Assembly: GCA_013265495.1 (NCBI GenBank) | Contig: MU058418.1 | Coordinates: 1,390,917-1,454,916 of the forward strand | Origin: Vicugna vicugna | Lineage: Eukaryota | DNA: 64,000 nucleotides | Reading direction: 5' to 3' | Part shown: piece after piece, positions 12,442 through 24,100 of the stretch | Numbering within the stretch: the first letter of the stretch is position 1 | How the letters are laid out: every line of letters begins with the position of its first letter | Made by a program: the position numbers and the translations under genes | Notes under the pieces: generated by a model | Databases searched by the model: none | What the model saw: the letters and a program-made list of their open reading frames with translations, nothing else | Told to the model about the DNA's origin: nothing

Positions 12442-13842
12442 AACTCTATCCGGCACAACCTGTCGCTGCACAGCCGGTTTATGCGGGTCCAGAATGAAGG
12501 GACCGGCAAGAGCTCTTGGTGGATCATCAACCCGGATGGAGGGAAGAGCGGAAAGGCGCCCCGGCGGCGTGCTGTCTCCATGGACAACAGCAACAAGTAC
12601 ACCAAGAGCCGCGGCCGCGCAGCCAAGAAGAAGGCAGCCCTACAGACGGCCCCAGAGTCAGCAGACGACAGCCCCTCCCAGCTCTCCAAGTGGCCCGGCA
12701 GCCCCACGTCGCGCAGCAGCGATGAGCTGGATGCCTGGACCGACTTCCGCTCTCGCACCAATTCCAACGCCAGCACGGTCAGCGGCCGCCTGTCCCCCAT
12801 CCTGGCAAGCACAGAGTTGGATGACGTCCAGGACGATGACGCGCCACTCTCCCCCATGCTCTACAGCAGTTCGGCCAGCCTGTCACCCTCCGTAAATAAG
12901 CCGTGCACCGTGGAGCTGCCCCGGCTGACCGACATGGCGGGCACCATGAATTTGAATGATGGGCTGGCCGATAACCTCATGGATGACCTGCTGGACAACA
13001 TCACGCTCCCCTCGTCCCAGCCATCACCCCCTGGGGGGCTTATGCAGCGCAGCTCCAGCTTCCCATACACCACTAAGGGCTCCGGCCTGGGCTCCCCCAC
13101 CAGCTCCTTTAACAGCACGGTGTTTGGACCCTCCTCTCTGAACTCCCTGCGCCAGTCTCCCATGCAGACCATCCAAGAGAACAAGCCAGCCACCTTCTCT
13201 TCCATGTCACACTATGGCAACCAGACACTCCAGGACCTGCTTACGTCGGACTCACTCAGCCACAGCGATGTCATGATGACCCAGTCGGACCCCTTGATGT
13301 CTCAGGCCAGCACCGCTGTGTCTGCCCAGAACTCCCGCCGGAACGTGATGCTTCGCAGTGACCCAATGATGTCCTTTGCCGCCCAGCCTAACCAGGGGAG
13401 TTTGGTCAATCAGAACTTGCTCCACCACCAGCACCAAACCCAGGGCGCTCTCGGTGGCAGCCGTGCCTTGTCGAATTCCGTCAGCAACATGGGCTTGAGC
13501 GACTCCAGCAGCCTCGGGTCAGCCAAACACCAGCAGCAGTCTTCTGTCAGCCAGTCTATGCAAACCCTCTCGGACTCTCTCTCAGGCTCCTCCTTGTACT
13601 CAACTAGTGCAAACCTCCCTGTCATGGGCCATGAGAAGTTCCCCAGCGACTTGGACCTGGATATGTTCAATGGGAGCTTGGAATGTGACATGGAGTCCAT
13701 TATCCGTAGCGAACTCATGGATGCTGATGGGTTGGATTTTAACTTTGATTCCCTCATCTCCACACAGAACGTTGTTGGTTTGAACGTGGGGAGCTTCACT
13801 GGTGCTAAGCAGGCCTCATCTCAGAGCTGGGTGCCAGGCTGA
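12442..13842 (+). CDS. FOXO3: Forkhead box O3, last coding exon (residues ~208-673, human numbering); the first coding exon lies upstream of the window
   Basis: The translation [48 protein letters not shown]...[34 protein letters not shown]...SQSWVPG* is FOXO3. It shows the forkhead recognition helix, Akt sites RRRAVS (S253, 12577) and RSRTNS (S315, 12763), SP sites S294/S344/S425, and the CR3 transactivation domain. It begins in phase 0 after a polypyrimidine tract and CAG acceptor (12439-12441). TGA is at 13840-13842. Confidence 0.98.
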   Translation, partial: NSIRHNLSLHSRFMRVQNEGTGKSSWWIINPDGGKSGKAPRRRAVSMDNSNKYTKSRGRAAKKKAALQTAPESADDSPSQLSKWPGSPTSRSSDELDAWTDFRSRTNSNASTVSGRLSPILASTELDDVQDDDAPLSPMLYSSSASLSPSVNKPCTVELPRLTDMAGTMNLNDGLADNLMDDLLDNITLPSSQPSPPGGLMQRSSSFPYTTKGSGLGSPTSSFNSTVFGPSSLNSLRQSPMQTIQENKPATFSSMSHYGNQTLQDLLTSDSLSHSDVMMTQSDPLMSQASTAVSAQNSRRNVMLRSDPMMSFAAQPNQGSLVNQNLLHHQHQTQGALGGSRALSNSVSNMGLSDSSSLGSAKHQQQSSVSQSMQTLSDSLSGSSLYSTSANLPVMGHEKFPSDLDLDMFNGSLECDMESIIRSELMDADGLDFNFDSLISTQNVVGLNVGSFTGAKQASSQSWVPG

Positions 13843-14639
13843 AGGCTCACTGAGGAAAGGGGAAGTGGGCAGAGCAGGTCAGTGCCCAGTGCTATGGCAT
13901 AGTGATACCAGAGGGGCGGTGGGGGGGCGCTGTCTTTTATTTATGTGGTGCATCGTAACCTGGCTCCCAACCGGTTCATTCCAATTTGTACCTGCAAGAC
14001 AAATACGGCTGTCAGGTGCCCCTCTCCACAATTTGCTGACAGCTCAGGACTTTTACTGCCAGTGAAAAGAACACATGTTCAGAGGTTTCCTTCTTTGTAT
14101 CTGGTCACCCTCGCTGCCCTGTAACACAAGTCCTTCTGCCGGATGGATGGATGAGGATAGAAGGGAAGGGAGGTAGGGGACCTTAGGTCACACAAACATC
14201 AAGGCTGAGGATCCAGCCAGAGGACTTTCTTAGACTCTCAGGTCCAGTGCTGCCATTGCCGATCTTCCATGCTGTGATTTCTACATCTTTTTTTCCCCCA
14301 GTAAAGTCACAATTTTTAGGTACTTCTAATTTAACTGTAGACTATGTATTCTGGACTCTTTCATACAGGAGTTTTTCCACCAGAAGCAAGATCTGTTAGA
14401 TTCTTCACCATGGTACTAAGCATCTTTGTTAGTTAGCATTCAGCATCAAAGCATTTAAAAGAGTAAAAAAATTAAATTGAAAATAGAAGTTTTTATGTGA
14501 GAGAGCACTTAACTCATTCAATTCCTGTTCCCCAACATATATATGATGTCAGGTTCCAAATGTGACAAGGGTTGCAAATGGTGACAGATTTTTTTAAATT
14601 GTGGCATTTTAATTCTGTTGGAACCAGAAAGATCATGCA

Positions 14640-14870
14640 GTGCAACATGATGTGGCAAGAAAAGCATTTGGTTGGAATCAGAAGTTGAGGGTTCAGAAGT
14701 CCCACTTCTGCTACTTTCTGGCTGCTATTGGGAGTGTGTCACTTAGCCTCTGAGTCTCAATTTCTAGTTTTATAAAATGAGGATAATAGCCCCTGTTAGT
14801 TCATGGAGTTATTTCAAAAATCAAATGTGCTAAAATGTGTGAAAGTGCTTTGTAAAACTGCAATGGGCTG
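14640..14870 (+). mobile_element. MIR SINE, downstream of the coding exon
   Basis: GTCACTTAGCCTCTGAGTCTCAATTTCTAGTTTTATAAAATGAGGATAATAG...TGTGAAAGTGCTTTGTAAA. Confidence 0.65.
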
Positions 14871-14899
14871 AAGTATGTACAGTGTAATTAGGTGAACAT

Positions 14900-15010
14900 A
14901 CTGATTGACAGGTGAGTAAACAGGGAGCCCAGAGAGGTTAAATAGTTTGCCCAGGGCCACACAGCTGGACCCAGAATCCCTATTTCTGGAATGATTTGAA
15001 CCATGATTGT
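14900..15010 (-). mobile_element. MIR SINE core
   Basis: GCCCAGAGAGGTTAAATAGTTTGCCCAGGGCCACACAGCTGG. Confidence 0.65.
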
Positions 15011-16017
15011 TCTTCCTAGTTATGTCTAGATGGTAAAAATGAGAAGTACTCTGAACTGGAGCCAGAGTAGCACACACTTGCTCTGAAACTCTCCTCCTCA
15101 AGTAGTAGGATGAGCACTGGGGTCTTCTGCCAACAGATGCAACCCGAGACTCTGCCATGTTCAGGGACTCTGTTCTATGCCCCAGTTCCTTTTTATTTTC
15201 TTTTTAAAATGTCAGCAAGCTACTTAACACTCTTCTTTAAGTGGTGTGAAAGAGAAATGGGATTCAAAGCCATAAAAAGCTGAGTTTTGTTTAACCCTCT
15301 GCTGTGGTGAAGGAATTACAAGGGTCTCCTATGGTGAGCTCCGCCAGGTCATGGGTAGTTGTAGAAAGGGGAATGTCAGGAGAGTCGTGATGCTCAGCGT
15401 CTCTGCTCTCCCAGGCAGGAACAGGCTCCTAATGGCACTCAGACATGTTTCCAGTCACTTAATAGACCTTGAGATGGTAAAAAGTCTGCCACAGAAGCTA
15501 AATAGGGTGACACCCGTTCATGCAGCCAGAGCTCGGACTGGTGGAGACTCGCCTTGAGAAATTTAGATATTTGGCTTTTAGAAGAACAGTTTGCCTTCCT
15601 TTGAGAAGAGGGATGTGATTGTGGCTTCTAAAGATACAAGTAGGTTTTAATTTTGGTTTAGTTGTAAGAGGTTACTTTCTAGTTCACTGAAAAGGACAAG
15701 TTCAGAAAATGTACTACCAATTATTGTCTAATTTTTCAAGTATAGGTTTTCCTTTTGGGTGAATAACAGACCTTTGTTGTCTGTGTGTAATTCTAAAAGA
15801 TTGTATAGAAATATTTTGAAGGAGATTTAAATACTTAAGTTTTAAAAATATATTTAATGAATTATTGATAACTATTATTGATAATAAATACTTCTGAGAT
15901 TACACATTTTATTATTTTGCCCTTGTGGACTCTTATGGTTAGTCACCTTTTTCTTGAAACATTTTGTGTAAAATTTTTTTGAGAAGATATTTCATAAGTG
16001 AAAAATATGAAAAGTTG

Positions 16018-16127
16018 AGGGCGTGGGTATAGCTCAGAGGTAGAGCACGTGCTTAGCATGTACAAAGTCCTGGGTTCAATCCCAGTACCTGTACTTTAAA
16101 AAAATTTTTTTTTTAAGAAAAAAATAT
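16018..16127 (+). mobile_element. tRNA-Ala(AGC)-derived SINE (camelid type)
   Basis: GGGTATAGCTCAGAGGTAGAGCACGTGCTTAGCATGTACAAAGTCCTGGGTTCAATCCCAGTACC carries A/B boxes and an AGC anticodon loop. It has an A/T-rich tail and the flanking direct repeat ATATGAAAAGT (16005-16015, 16128-16138). Confidence 0.85.
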
Positions 16128-17204
16128 ATATGAAAAGTCATCAATTTTTTGTAAATGTAAACCAGCTCAGTATGACCAGAGCAAGAGAAGAAACATCCTA
16201 AAGACAGTGAGAGGCTTTGAGGGAGTCTGGTTTCTGGGTTTCATGTTTCCATCTTGCTTTGGAATGAATTGCTCCTCTAAATAGCCAGGAGCCTACGTAT
16301 ATGACCTAATGTATATTCTTTACTTTTAAACTTAACTTGTGCCTATCACTTTGTTGAAGATTTCCCTAAATTCACAAAATAGGCCTTAAGTCACAATCTC
16401 AGAACTCACTTTTCCCAAATAAACCACCCCAGCTTCCCAAGACTTATTCTATGATGACTTCCTTGGTTTGCCTTTTTTTTTTTAACCAGTAGTTATGGTA
16501 TTCTCTAGGCTTACTAACTGAAGGTCATGTGACCCTAGGTGGGCGCTGTCTGCTTGTGGAGTTAATGGAGCAGTTCTATCCACGTGACAGGCAGTCTTGC
16601 TGGGGCGTTGTGGTGAGATGCTTCTCTGGAGGGCTGGGTGTTTCACACATGTCATTCATTTTAGATCACGTGTGAAAACCTTTGCCCTTTGGGTCTATCT
16701 GGAAAAGAAAAAATAACCGTACTTCTTATGAGTGCCAGCTACTAGGGTGTGAAGGGCACTTTCTTCTCCCAGGCACTCCTGAAGCTTGGTGCACACACTT
16801 AGACATTGGCAGCAGGCACGTCTGGGAGCGAGTGTGGCGGTTGCCAGGCCCAGTGTCCCGTAAGCCCTCCTGAGACTGACGTGTGTCTGCTCTCAGGGGG
16901 AAAGCAGTTTCAGTCTTACTGTGTATTGATGTCAAAAGATGACTAAATTCACATGCTTTTTTTTGTTCATCTTCATCTTTTGGCACTTGGGGACCCTAAG
17001 GGAACAGCCCAGTATTTAATTGGGTTTTAAACTACTTAATGATAAGGACTGGAAAACAACTGGGAAAAGCCTAGGTGGAGAGGAGAGAGGTATTTCTCCT
17101 CCTCTTTCTGCCACTGGCCACACCACTGATGAATCTCCTGGAATAGTAGGTTTCTTATCTGTCAAAAGAGGACAGAATCATAGAGGGTTTTTTTTAACTG
17201 GTAA

Positions 17205-17493
17205 GATTTTATTTTTAATTGAACTATAATACAATATTATATAAGTAATAGGTATATAGTATACTAATTCATAATTTTAAAGTTTTTATTCCATTTATAG
17301 TTATAAAATATTGGCTGTAGTCTCCATGTTGTACAATATATCCTTGTAGCTTATTTTATACCTAATAGTTTATACATCTTAATTCCTTACCCTTGTCTTG
17401 CCCCTCCTTCCTTCCCTCTCCCACACTAGTTCTCTATATCTATGAGTCGGCATCTTTTTTGTTATATTCACTAGTTTGTTGTATTTTTTTTAG
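17205..17493 (-). mobile_element. Artiodactyl-type L1 3' end fragment
   Basis: ATATTGGCTGTAGTCTCCATGTTGTACAATATATCCTTG...CTATGAGTC...GTTATATTCACTAGTTTGTTGTATT. Confidence 0.75.
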
Positions 17494-19949
17494 CAAAATT
17501 ATAGTTTTAAAGGTGCATAGTATGTATAATTTTAAACCTGAAATGTAACATTCTGTCTATGCAATGGCTCTAGTAAGGGACATGCAATGCTAATATGTGA
17601 TGACATGGAACTATAAAGAAACAGTGGCATACTAGTGTGAAACAGCAGGTTCCAGTGTTGGAAGCCATTTGGAATTTAAATTTAGGCTTCTTCCCCAAAA
17701 AAAGCAAATCTTTGATACTTGTTGGACTGATGTTTCAATGCTGTGATTCCATTATGTCTTTAAATATTCATGTTGGAGGACAGGACTAATTCTAACCAAA
17801 TATAGGCAATACTGTAGGCTGCCTGTGTCGTGCTTTTGTTGATGTAGATATTTGTGTTAGGGAATATAACGTATGGTAGGTATCGTGTGGAGAATTATAC
17901 TGTTACTTGTACTTCTGAACTGTAGTCTGGTCTTTGGTTATAATATGCCAGCCTCGAGAATTCTGCATCTGCAGGGATCTTTATTCCTACCTTTTTAAAA
18001 GCCTGAAGGCTGAACTATCGTTTTTGGAGAGAATGGCTATCTGGATCTTTAGTGTTGATAACAGTGAAGGAAAATTGACCCAGCTATGAAAAGGGATTTT
18101 CTGTGCAGAGGCTGGTACACTCCTTACATACAGCCTTTTCCCTGGAAAGCAGTGACATCCAGCACTAAGGCTGCTCTGCCTGGGCCTGTTGGCTTTTTAA
18201 TGCACCTGTGGTCACCTCTGGCTGGCCTGCTAAGCACAGGGACAGAGCCTGAGTGACTCTTGCTCTTTGAGCAATTGCATTTATAAATGGCTTTCTAGAA
18301 GGTCTCTTTTAGCCACAGAGCTTATCTGGAGCATAAATAAATGGAGTGAAGATCACCAGAATCACTACTGGAAATTCTTATACACTAAGCTCCCAATAAA
18401 TGCTTCTTTTCAGAGTGTTTATAATGCTCAATATTCACTCAATATTCAACATCTTATAAATAACATTTTCTACAAGAATAGTCTTCCCCCAGGGGCCTGC
18501 TTCTCATAGGCTGACCTTTCTGTACAGAAATGGGAGAAGGGGGCTTGTCGGGACCTACCTCTGTGCCCTGGCCAGAGAGATTGGCCTGCCAGAGGCCTGT
18601 CTGGGCCCTGGGCTGGTGGGAGGATGTTTACTGACTCCCTTCTCTTCCTGACGTGGAGACACATGTCTTAATGCTGGGTTTTCACTCCAAAATGGAGATT
18701 CCTGCAAGAGACATCACCTACTTCACGCTGATTTTGTTGACGTGTTCATTTGATTTGAAAATACTGCTTTCCCCACCCTCCAAATTGTTTTGAAGTTTAA
18801 ATTTTAAACAACTAAAGTGAATGAAAATTTTGCATTGTGAGTTAGTGACACTTCAGATATTTAGAGGTCCCGTGGGTCAGTGTTTCTCAATGTTTCACAA
18901 AATACTTGGCCCTCAGGATATTTATGGCTGTTTATGTGGGTTATATGGAAAGTGGATTGATTCTATGGTCAAATGTTCGAGGAGCGCCGTGTTAAATAAA
19001 GTGAAAGAGCGCTGTTTCCTGCAGGACTTCTCGGAGCCACAGAAGTTAATATACATTATGAACCTTCTAGGATTGGATTGCAGAGTTTCCGAAGTTTATT
19101 TGACGTCTTGAATCAAACCCTTCTTCCAGAAACCATAGGACCAGTGTCCTAAGGAATCCTCTAAAGATCCTGAAAGAGGTCAGCAACCCTTTGAGAACTA
19201 GGGACTCTGCTTTTTTCTCTCTTGATTCTCACTGAGTTTTCTGTATGGCCTTGTCTTATATCAAGCTTTTCTCAGCCATGGGGTGGGTTCTACTCTTGGA
19301 TGAGCTGGCTGCCTGGCAAAATGGCAGGCCACACGTTGGTAGACATGCTGGAGAAAAGTCTGAACTCATTAAACACAGTTCATTTATTGAGTACCTGCAG
19401 TGTGCTGGCCACAGGGGATAGAGGGAGGTAAATTACTCTCCCCTTCAAGGTGTGCATGGCCTGGCTGGGAAGGTGGTGCAGTGGTGGTGGTGACCATTGT
19501 CATGGAGGAAAAGGCTGCTTTTCATTCAAGGCTGGAGCAAAGGATCCCTCGCAGTGTGGCAACTTTGCAAGCTTGGTTTTCTGGGACAAGCCTGCTTTCA
19601 GCATGTCCTGTTCTGTTATCACGTGGTCTGTCCCACCTGTCTTTGTCTGGGGGCTGAAAAACTAGGCTCTTTACTAATAGGGCAGAGTTCAGACTAAATT
19701 TGGATGCTGGTTCCTGTTAAAAGCCCTGCTGGACACTTGCTTTAGCTTATGTTTGATTTCTAGAACTGGTTCATCACAGTTGCACATGAGCCAGCCACTC
19801 AATCCCAGCTCCTTGTCCCTGGGACTCTACTCTGAGGGGAGCTGTGGATTTAAAAAGCCTCCCCTGCAACCCACCCCAAGTTAAATAATGTCTCTGCATT
19901 AGGAACTGGATCTGGAGCAGAAGGCTGCCATTTTCACGGATATGTATCA

Positions 19950-20110
19950 CGGAGTCAAGTCACTCAATTTCTCTGAGTCTCAGTTTGCTTATCTGTAAAA
20001 TGGGGTTAAAATGAAAACCTACCCCACAGAGCTCTTATAAGGACTAGCTCTGATATGGCCTAATGTCCTTTGGCAACTTTAAGAAGTTACTTAATGTTTA
20101 TTGTTATTTA
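19950..20110 (+). mobile_element. MIR SINE
   Basis: CAAGTCACTCAATTTCTCTGAGTCTCAGTTTGCTTATCTGTAAAATGGGG. Confidence 0.65.
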
Positions 20111-21124
20111 AATGGCTCCAGAGGTTAATACGGCTAAAGGAAGCACCCAAGCCAGTCTTACACTATTGGCAGAAAGAGCAACTACTTTCCGCAATAAGCT
20201 GGAATCAATTAGGTTTCTTTTCATTAAAAAGGTACACCAATTGCCTGTTGTGTGAAACCTTTGATGTTCCGTAAAAGTCCTGCCTACCAGGTTAGGGGTA
20301 CCAAGGATAGAGGCTACTTTTTCACTAACAGAGGATTGTGGTACCCAAAGTATTCCATTAGCATCTTTAAAGGGTTGCCTGAGAAATCCTAGCTGTTCAG
20401 CCCGCTTTCCTTAGGGGACCTGTCTCTCCACAGGGGCGCACTCTGCTGAGGGGAAACCTTGCCCTGCCCCTTCTCTGCTACCTCAGAGTGGAGCTGCTTC
20501 CTCTTGGGAGGGAGCCTGGAAATCTGATCTTTCCTGTCCCACCACCAGGCCATCCCAGCCATGCAGAGAAATGAAGAGCTGTTCCAGTTCTCCTGGGGCT
20601 TCCTGGGAGCAGAAAGATCGCCACACAATAAGTGGTGTGACGCTGGCAGTGGTCTGGTGGTGGACCCCGCCTCCCTGAGAGCTGCCGGTTTATCACCTTA
20701 CTGACTAATATGACACAATTTGGAGTTTAGAAAATATGGTCGCTGTATCCTTAAGATCTTCCAACTCTAAGTTCGATGGAAACCCAGAGAAATTGGGCTG
20801 TTTTCCAGGAGCTGTCCTACTAGAGAGGCTGGGCCAAGCCTGGAGCTGAAACACCACTCAGAAGAGCTACTGCCCACTTGGTCGCGAGTATTTTGTTTTG
20901 TTTCTCTTCCCGGTGATAGAATGGACCTTACTCTGTAGTTCTAGATTTTCTGGGGTTTTTTAGTAACCTCTTTTTTTTTTTTTTTTTTTTTCAAAAATCT
21001 GTGACATTTATTAAAGGATGAGAATTACTTAGTCACAAAGCCCTCAGAGAGTAGTTCTCGTGTTTCTGAGTATAAAACTGTAACTGCCAGTCCTGGTTTG
21101 ACTGAAGGTTTGCTTATCAATATG

Positions 21125-21189
21125 TTCTCTCTCTCTGTCCCTCTCTCTCTCTCCCTCCCCCGACCCTTTCCTCTCTTCTATTTCTCTCT
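21125..21189 (+). repeat. (CT)-rich polypyrimidine tract
   Basis: ttctctctctctgtccctctctctctctccctccccc... Confidence 0.8.
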
Positions 21190-24100
21190 GATGAAAGAAG
21201 TCTGGACCATAAGACTTTTTAAGTATTAATGTCTCTTTGGAGTGTTCAGTTTGATTCCTTAGCAGAAATTAATGGCCAAGAAGAGGCCAGAAGTTCTGAG
21301 GTTGAACTTTAAAATTAATTTGCCCTGGGCTTCCATATATATATATGTCACTGTACTTAGAACTTCCATTGGTCATTTGTATGTTCAGAAATGATCAGAA
21401 AGCGATACAGCCCAGCACACCTCTAAGTAATCCAAAATATGTGTTGACTGGTAGATCTGTTAGAAGGTGTCCCTTAGGTGGTGGTGTCCCTGCCGCCTGA
21501 GTGCCAAAGTACTCCCTGCTCAGCCCCAGTCAACTCAGGTTGTTCTGCTGGCCCGGGTCGGGGCCCATGGCAGGGAGACCCTGGCACTCACCACCACAGT
21601 GCTGGTCAGGCTGAGCGGGGAGAAGAGGGCCACCCCAGCCACCGACAGTGTGGATCCACCTCCCTCCTGGGATCTGCACTCCCGCCAGACCACTGCCGTC
21701 AGAACGACAGTCCTTTTTCTCTGTCCATCTTGGAGTCACTCTGAGACCCTCCTTTCACTTCCTTCTTGGATTCCTTCCTCTGTTGCACTGATGTGGTGGT
21801 TGCTTCTTGACCGCAATCTGTGTTACCTGCATGTTCTGGTCATACCTTGCAGGTGGACGAGTGGTTTGGACTATTTGTGGAACTAAAATAGCTGATTTTG
21901 TGTTTTCAATTTCAGAATCACTTTTGGAAAATTTAGATTGTCTTCAAAACTCTGCATGTCTAAAGCAGGGAAAGACGACCTCGGAGACGCTGCTTTCCTG
22001 TGCTTGGGAGAAGAACTCTTAGGAGGGCTGGGGTTTCACAGCTACACTTGCACCCAGCCCCCAGGGCTGTAGGGCATCCCAGTCCAGAGGCGTGACTGCA
22101 CCCCTCCCCCCACTCTGGCCAGTAAATGCAGTGAAGAGTCACACACTTGGAGTCACACGCTGTGGAGTCATCCCCCCACACCCAGCAGACATAAACATTG
22201 TGAGAGTCAGGTCATGGTTTATGGCTTTAAGCATTTCCTCCTGGACTGCAGTTCCCTTTTTTGTAAATGGTGAAATCACTTTAGTAGTGACAGCAATTTG
22301 AGAGAGTAGTAAGACTCTAACTTGGGGGCTGGTAATAGTGTGCATGGTAGAGGTACAGAAGGATGGGAGAAGGTAAATTCTTTATTACATGCTTACTATT
22401 TAAACTTTTACTAATTACTTTAAACGTTAAGTTAGTTGGATGTTAAAACTGTGTTGTATTGATACTTAGGAGGTTTCATCTTATGAGAAATAAGAGTTTT
22501 AGAAACTGAATCAGAGGCTATCGTCCTCCCAGAAAGAGGGCATTAAAATTCTAGGTCTTGTCCCACAAGCAGTAGGTTCTGTCTAGATTCAAATAAGATT
22601 AACTCTTAGCAAATATGAGTAGGCTTAAAATGCTTCATGAAAGCTGTAATGCTTAAAGGGGCCTTAAGTATTTGAACTGGCAGAGAGGAAGAGAGGGCTG
22701 CTCCAGGAGTGTGGCTCATTCATTTATTCAGCCAAGATTTATTGCTTGCCTCTCCTCTATTTCAACTTTCCACGCTACCTGGGACATCAAGAACATTTTG
22801 TGTCCCTGACTGGAATATGCACTTCTTGTGGGTGAATACCACGTCTAAGACAGTGCTCTTGAAATAGTAGATGCTCCACGATTGTTTGATTTGATTTGAA
22901 TGCTTTACTCTGCTTTAAGTATATTGGGAATTCAGCGTGCATGAAAAGTAACCATTCCGGGCTCTGTATGATGAGGCGCCAGGTAAGTGGCTTAGTTTAG
23001 TAGAGGCAGCATGGGGAGGGTGGCGCCAGAGGAGCCATCAGGCTATTTGGGTGAGGAGAGCAAACCAGGCAAAGGGCTTGAACCTGACCCATCAGGTGAG
23101 GAGGGTGTGTTCCCATCGGCAGGAGTAGGCAGGAAAGCCGGGATGAGGGCAGCAGAGCCTTGAGCCTGCAGGTCTCTGCCAGCCAGGGTTTTGGGCTGTT
23201 GTAATTAAGGTTAAGGAAGCATGCATCCAGAGAGGGTCTAAAGGCCCCTTAAAGTCTTTCAGCTTGAAGACAGTTCTTTAAAAGAATGTATCCCAAACTT
23301 TGTAAGTTGTTCTGTGTGGTTTGAAAATCTAAGAATCTTAAGAAAATATGACATCTCTGCAGCTTTGTTCTTGATAATAAATCAGTGTGTATCATATTTC
23401 TGCTCAGATCACCACGTTCAAGTCTGGCTGCACGAAGAATATTGGTCAACATAGTCTCTGCCCCACTAGAAAGACAGAGATGGGACATTCTTCAGCTAAA
23501 CTTACATTAACCGTCATTAATCCCTGCAGTTGAAACAGGAGGGATGTCAGTGTCTCTGTGCAGCTCACCCCCTCTTTGTTCCTCAGCCGTGAAGTGCCAG
23601 GGTGGCTGCTCCTCTCCTCGTGTTTCCCATGTTTCATCGGCACAGCACGTGGGCTGGGTGGAGGGCAACTGCACCAGGTCCAGGTTCTGAAGGGTTCTGG
23701 AGGCAAACACTCTGTTCAGGGGCCTGTCACCAGCCTTCATGGACAGGCTTCACCTGCCACCTGGAGAAACCCAGGAGTGCCTGGAAGGGAGGGAAGGAGG
23801 AGAAAGAAGTGCTTACACAGGGCAAGCTTTTACTCAAGTGAAACTTAAAAAAAAAAATGTATACTGAGTATGTTTTCAGTATCTTCCAGAGTGTCACCTT
23901 TGCCATGAAGAGTTTATCTTGAGCTTCCCTGTAACATCCCACCTTCTCCCTCAGTACTTGCCCACTGGAGAGCACCAGAGCCTGTGGGCTATCCTTCCTC
24001 AAAACCTGACTTTGCTTTAGCAGAGGCTTCTCAACTGAGTACAGATTTGGCCTCCAGCCTGGCCAGAACTTCTTCCTTGCCTGCTCTTTCCCCTCATAAA

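Noticed and set aside
12353..12895. 180-aa alternative-frame ORF and antisense ORFs (149, 114 and 129 aa) over the FOXO3 exon
   Set aside because: Expected shadows of GC3-rich coding sequence. The 180-aa ORF starts in the intron and has no recognisable domain.
13840..13877. Stop-codon readthrough or rolling-circle translation of circFOXO3
   Set aside because: The context is TGA-AGG, not TGA-CTAG. The frame that would re-enter the FOXO3 frame across the back-splice has a TGA at 13851 with no later ATG, and the other frame stops soon after the junction.
16018..16095. Functional tRNA-Ala gene
   Set aside because: The acceptor and anticodon stems are disrupted, and the A-rich tail, TSD and sibling copies indicate a SINE.
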